Assembly (NCBI GenBank): GCA_905178155.1
Contig: CAJINV010000020.1
Location: 992,001-1,056,000 of the forward strand
Length of the DNA: 64,000 bases
From: Amoebophrya sp. A120
Taxonomy: Eukaryota > Protista > Dinoflagellata
Direction: 5' to 3'
Notes under the pieces: generated by a model
Seen by the model: the letters and a program-made list of their open reading frames with translations, nothing else
Database searches by the model: none
What the model was told of the DNA's origin: nothing
Position numbers and translations under genes: made by a program
Shown here: positions 59,701 through 64,000 of the stretch, one piece after another
How the letters are laid out: the number at the start of each line of letters is the position of its first letter
How positions within the stretch are numbered: the stretch's first letter is position 1

Positions 59701-61027
59701 AGGATGCCCGGGAAATCGGACTCGTCCCGGAGAGAGAGCCCTAAGTCGGATAGCTTGTACCTGCGCTTGTCCAGCCCCAGACTCGTGATCGTGTTGCCCA
59801 CCGAGCGAAACACTTCCGCTCTATCGTTGTTAGTGCTAGTGTTCTTTACGGAGGTCCCTCCTGGTTGTAGTTGTACAACGCCGTTTTTTCGTGTTCTAGA
59901 AGACCAATTCGGGATCACGCAGTTGCGCATACACCGCAACTCTTCGTGAAAGTTTTCATCGATCTTATTGTAGTCGATCTGGCAGTCGTTTATTCGCAAA
60001 TACATACTCTGCGTGGCGACCTCCCCCTTCCCGGTGAGCGTCACCCTGGGGTAGCGCTCCAGCTCCGCGACGGCTTTCAAGACGACTGAGAGGCCTTCCT
60101 CCGTGATGTAGGTGTCGGACAGGTGGATTTCGTGCACCGGGGTTTTGCATCTCCGGAGGAAGATTGCTAAAGCACGCATGGCCTCGTCTCCGAGGTCGTT
60201 TTTGTACAGCTTCAGGACCTATCAAATGCAAAAGTGTCTGGGTCCGGAAAATTCTGAGACTTGTCATGCACGGTTTGCATGACCCATGATGTCTGGTCTG
60301 TGATGCATGCCCTAGCATCACAGGTTTTTTGAGGGATTCTTGATGCCTAATCCGCATGACAGATGCCCTCTCCGCGTAGCAAAAATTAGAATTCTTTTGC
60401 TGCTCATGCAACACAAATTTTTTAGACATCCAAAGGCAGCATCACAAGTTGCATTCTTCCAGACCCAGACATTTTTCCATTTGATAGGACCGAGCACCCG
60501 ATGTCGAAGTCGTTCAAAAAGTTGAAGAGGCAGTTATGGGGCTCTCAAAAGTTACATTCATCTCAGCTGTTACATGATTTGCCATGCACAATTGCCTTAA
60601 CTATCGACGCCATCAAGTAGCTGCTTCGCATGACAAACTTTCAGACGGCCAAACAGGCTGAGAATCTGTGCCAATTCTGTCATGCAAGACGCGGAAGGTC
60701 CTTCCTTTCACTTTTGCCATTCTTGCATCACAAATTTGCGTAACAGTTGAGAATGTAACAGTTGAGAACGCGGCCATACCACTCGACCCCCCGGTTGCCG
60801 ATTTTTTGGGAGGACAGGTCGATGGTGTCCAGGTGGGTGACACGCCGCTGGTGGCGGTCGATTTTTTCCTGAAGTTCCTTTCGCCAGAGGTGGACCGCCT
60901 GCTCCACCTCAATGCTGGTCATCCTTTTGGCGGAGCTCCGCCGATACTCGTCCGCCACCGCCCGGATCTCGCCTTTCGTCGGATTGCCATTGTAAGGCTT
61001 CAACTGGGGCATCCACGTCGAAGACAT
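56735..61027 (-). CDS. Leucine-rich repeat (RNI-like) protein with S/T/P-rich C-terminal half
   Basis: Spliced LDTIDLSSQKIGNRGVEWLFNFL, VLKLYKNDLGDEAMRALAIFL and VHEIHLSDTYITEEGL. It has 4 introners, a GTAAGT...CAG intron at 57285-58096 and TGA at 56735-56737. One intron near 58550-58690 is unresolved. Confidence 0.7.
56856..57104. mobile_element. Introner family A (subfamily 2)
   Basis: TSD AATGC/AGTGC; frame restored. Confidence 0.9.
57421..57965 (+). mobile_element. Second GC-rich intronic insertion sharing the 110-bp end of 10528-11773
   Basis: 57851-57960 matches 11664-11773 at 109/110 and is followed by AAAAA. Possible 7-bp TSD CTACAGC at 57414-57420 and 57966-57972. The left boundary is uncertain. 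Confidence 0.55.
59381..59689. mobile_element. Introner family F
   Basis: TSD GCAAG/GCAAG; inverted relative to 25013-25318. Confidence 0.92.
60220..60486. mobile_element. Introner family A
   Basis: TSD GGACC/GGACC; can be read as GT-AG. Confidence 0.92.
60535..60778. mobile_element. Introner family E
   Basis: TSD GCAGT/CCACT (3/5); frame restored. Confidence 0.87.
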
Positions 61028-61989
61028 TTTCACAAGAGAGTCGTGAGCGCGTGGTGAGCGACGTGGAGGGGGGAAATGATGTACGTACTAGTGGAAGTAA
61101 GGGGAAGTAGGAGCTAATTGCAGCGGTGTTCAGTGGTTCTAAGTATTTTTCCAAGAATGGGGAAAGAATGAGAATCTACTTAAGCCCGCCAGCGATGCCG
61201 TTTGCCAGATTTGTGCGGACAATCTTCTTTCCTCGGAAGCGGTTTTGATCCAACTAACATACTTGACGGGATACTTTGATGCTCGACTTGTTCTCATCGA
61301 GCTTTTAGTGTTGTTGCGGTTGGGGTGGGGCCTGAGGTGGGGTAAAAATGTGGAAACGAGGGCTGTTTGAGCGAACAAAGGAAGAATGCCTGCGGCAACC
61401 TTTGTCTTTGACAACGTCAATGCCGCCAAAAAACGTCTTCGACAAGAAAAAGTGCAAGAGCGAAATAACAATAAGTTGATCTGGGATGAAAATAAAACTA
61501 AAACAAGGACCGATTGAGTGTTACGACGGAATGGAAACTGTAGACCTTGAACACGAACCAATGTGGCTGGTCCTGCCTTGTGGTACTTACAGCCAGTGCA
61601 CATATGGATCGGGCCAGCAGTATGTTCATCTGCTCACGTGCAAAAACTGCAGAGTTCATGGTGGAGGCAATGATTTTCTTCTGTATTCTCGCAAAACAAA
61701 GTGAGTGACGAGATTCTAGTGTAAGTACGTTTTAGTGTACAGACGGCTAGTACGAATGCAAATTGATAATTGTGGGACTCAAACCTTCCAAAATGTTTCG
61801 AGCAGGGATTTCCAGCTGCAAAAATGTACTGTACTATGATCGTTCGTACGCTACTGTAGTATTTGTATTCATATTGTCGTACCACGGGTACGTGCCGATA
61901 GAAATTGGACGATCATCTTTTCCTCTCTCAATATGAGAGCCAAATAAATGTTGTAACCGCCAGCGCCCACGCGCACGCCGCTTCTCTTT

Positions 61990-64000
61990 CTACAAGCCGC
62001 TATTTGGATAAAGCATTGAACGACTACTGCTTGTGCTTGTAGCTCCTGACCGACTTTTCTGACTGGCGTTGGGTACTACCGCCACCCCTCCAGAACTTGA
62101 GCGCGAACTACCCCTTCCTGAGCTGCGTCCCAGAGAAAGCAGTGACTCGGCCACACCTGCACCCACTGCAGAGGACGCGGAATCAAATTGAGGCACAAAC
62201 ATCTCTTCTGCTTGTTGCGCTAGGGAAGTTTGTCCGGCATCGGTCGTTGTAGCTGTCGTTTCAGTAGTTCCACTACCCGCACCGCGACCACCTGCGCGGC
62301 TTTTTGCGGTGTGCCAGATTATTGAACTCCGGGCGGAAACCGAAGAAGATGCTGACGACGAGGTGGACATCAACATCGAGCTTTGAATGCTAGAAAAAGG
62401 ATTGTGAAAAAAATCCGCCCCGGCTTTGCTCGGCTTATCTTTCTTTTCTACTTTGTCGACCTGCTTGTTCCCTGGAAAATTCATCCTCCCCGCTAATTTC
62501 AATTTCTCCTTTGCAGAGGCAGAGAGCTCTTCCCCCGACAGCTTCAGTCGTTGCAGTGTGCCACCGACCGGCGAAGTTGAGAAGTTGTAGGAGCTAGAAA
62601 CCGGCGATCTTCTCAACAACGTCGAACCTTCTTCATCATGATCTACACTCGAACTCGTCGTCGCACTAGCTTTCTTGTTCACTGCTCCAAATAGCGGTCT
62701 CGATGTAGAAGTAGAGGAGGCAGGTGAGGGGGGTGGGAACGGGGGCTCCGGAAAAGAAAACTCGATTCGTTCGCCGTCGTCGTGGTAATTCGCGTGAAGC
62801 GAGGAGGTGGGCGAAAGCGGGGTGTGCTGGCGCTCGTCCCAGGATGTTGAAAACGCTGGCGTGCTTGATGCCGGTCCGTTATTTATTGCCCCCTCGACGT
62901 CGGCACTTGGGGAAAAAGTTGTAGACTGTTGAGTTTGATGTCTTACTTCATCACGACCTTGTTCCAGTTCAATCGATGCTACTTTGCGCGACCTGCCAGG
63001 AGTTGTTTCCACCTTATCCACGTGGGAATATCGGGTGTCAGTAAGATAAACGTCTTTCGTCCTCGCACAGTCTTTGCTTTTTTCTGACGTGGAATGGTGC
63101 ATGGCCGCGACGAGTGATAAGGGATGATAGGAATTTTGCGATCCTTTTGTACTTGTTGTTCCCGTACTTTTGTCCAGCGGAAAATTATCAACGCCCGCCA
63201 TGCTGCTGGCTGTCGCCGGTCCAATCGTGTTGAATGGCAGACTAGACGATGTTGAGCCTCGTCGATCGTCTCGAAGGTGAGCACAGGTGCCGAAGCCTGA
63301 TGTATCTGCTGACGCAGGGTCTAAGTTACTTTGCGGCGTCGTCTCCCCGCGATCCTGATTCAACAAGTGCCCAGTACCTTCGAAACTGCTATCAAGAAAC
63401 GCTGCAACGCCCGCACCAGGAACCGACGTACGACCGGGCGCCATCGCGGCACGCTCCTGGGAAAACAGCGCCGCCGCAGCGCTGGTGGCCTCCTGGTGGT
63501 CACCATGCGTCGTGATTTGAATTGCAGGGCATGAATCTTCGTAGTACTCGGAACGATGGCCAAATGTTGCATCCCGTTCCTGTTCATCTCGTGCTGGCTC
63601 TGCTCTTGCACCTGCCAAAATTATTAAGTCCTCATCGAATGGGTTCTTCGGCGCTAGTACCGAGCTGGTCCTCGTGGCTCCAGACATTGCTAACAGTGGC
63701 TCAGGACGGGGACGCGGTCGCAAGAACGGGGCGACAGGATCCGGAAGATTGTGCAACACTGCTGCATCTTCATGATAATGGCGGCCGTCCCGGACAGCTG
63801 CAACTACAGGATTATGTGGTAGCGGCCCCCACGTTCCTGCAAGAGGCGTTCGCGAAATTTCCTGGCGCGCCCACGTAGAACAAGGATCAGGCTGGCGCGG
63901 TGAAAGATCCAAACCCGCCCCGAAGTACTCCGACTTCATCTGTGCGGGGATAGAAGCTGTCGCCCCTCCCGTTGTCCCTCCTTCTTGTCGGACTTGTGTT
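61990..64000 (-). CDS. Hypothetical S/T-rich low-complexity protein, probably 5'-truncated by the window edge
   Basis: 649-codon uninterrupted ORF (61990-63939) on the same strand as all other genes. Confidence 0.55.
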   Translation of the reverse strand, partial: TQVRQEGGTTGGATASIPAQMKSEYFGAGLDLSPRQPDPCSTWARQEISRTPLAGTWGPLPHNPVVAAVRDGRHYHEDAAVLHNLPDPVAPFLRPRPRPEPLLAMSGATRTSSVLAPKNPFDEDLIILAGARAEPARDEQERDATFGHRSEYYEDSCPAIQITTHGDHQEATSAAAALFSQERAAMAPGRTSVPGAGVAAFLDSSFEGTGHLLNQDRGETTPQSNLDPASADTSGFGTCAHLRDDRRGSTSSSLPFNTIGPATASSMAGVDNFPLDKSTGTTSTKGSQNSYHPLSLVAAMHHSTSEKSKDCARTKDVYLTDTRYSHVDKVETTPGRSRKVASIELEQGRDEVRHQTQQSTTFSPSADVEGAINNGPASSTPAFSTSWDERQHTPLSPTSSLHANYHDDGERIEFSFPEPPFPPPSPASSTSTSRPLFGAVNKKASATTSSSVDHDEEGSTLLRRSPVSSSYNFSTSPVGGTLQRLKLSGEELSASAKEKLKLAGRMNFPGNKQVDKVEKKDKPSKAGADFFHNPFSSIQSSMLMSTSSSASSSVSARSSIIWHTAKSRAGGRGAGSGTTETTATTTDAGQTSLAQQAEEMFVPQFDSASSAVGAGVAESLLSLGRSSGRGSSRSSSGGVAVVPNASQKSRSGATSTSSSRSMLYPNSGL

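Noticed and set aside
634-60486. Recurrent ~30-bp repeats suggesting a CRISPR array
   Set aside because: The repeats are inverted pairs dispersed through eukaryotic genes, not direct repeats with unique spacers, and no cas genes are present.
716-60525. Repeated peptide motifs in the ORF track (FQTQTFLHLI, CAKVSYS, NAKVSGSGR, MQKYRTR)
   Set aside because: They are translations of introner TIRs, not a protein repeat family or a transposase.

Overview
Eukaryotic (protist) genomic DNA with about 8 protein-coding genes, all on the minus strand: an FkbM-type methyltransferase, a family-2 glycosyltransferase, a ~3000-aa TRP-like channel, an F-type-lectin-like protein, an unknown protein, a very large MATH + ATP-grasp protein, an LRR protein and a low-complexity ORF running off the end. 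The dominant feature is 64 short insertions (104-344 bp, ~14 kb, ~22% of the window, counted by hand) in ~14 sequence families. Nearly all share one grammar: terminal inverted repeats starting TAT and ending ATA, a 5-bp flanking direct repeat, and an internal TGTNATGC/GCATNACA motif. All sit in coding exons, and at the junctions I translated, removing the element plus 5 nt restores the reading frame, usually without GT-AG ends. They behave as MITE-derived non-canonical introns (introners), and several families occur in both orientations. Ordinary GT-AG introns coexist, and two of them carry GC-rich insertions sharing a 110-bp end. The picture matches what is reported for the syndinian dinoflagellate Amoebophrya (inferred, not verified). 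No transposase, rRNA, tRNA or CRISPR array was found. Splicing is inferred from reading-frame restoration only, with no RNA data.
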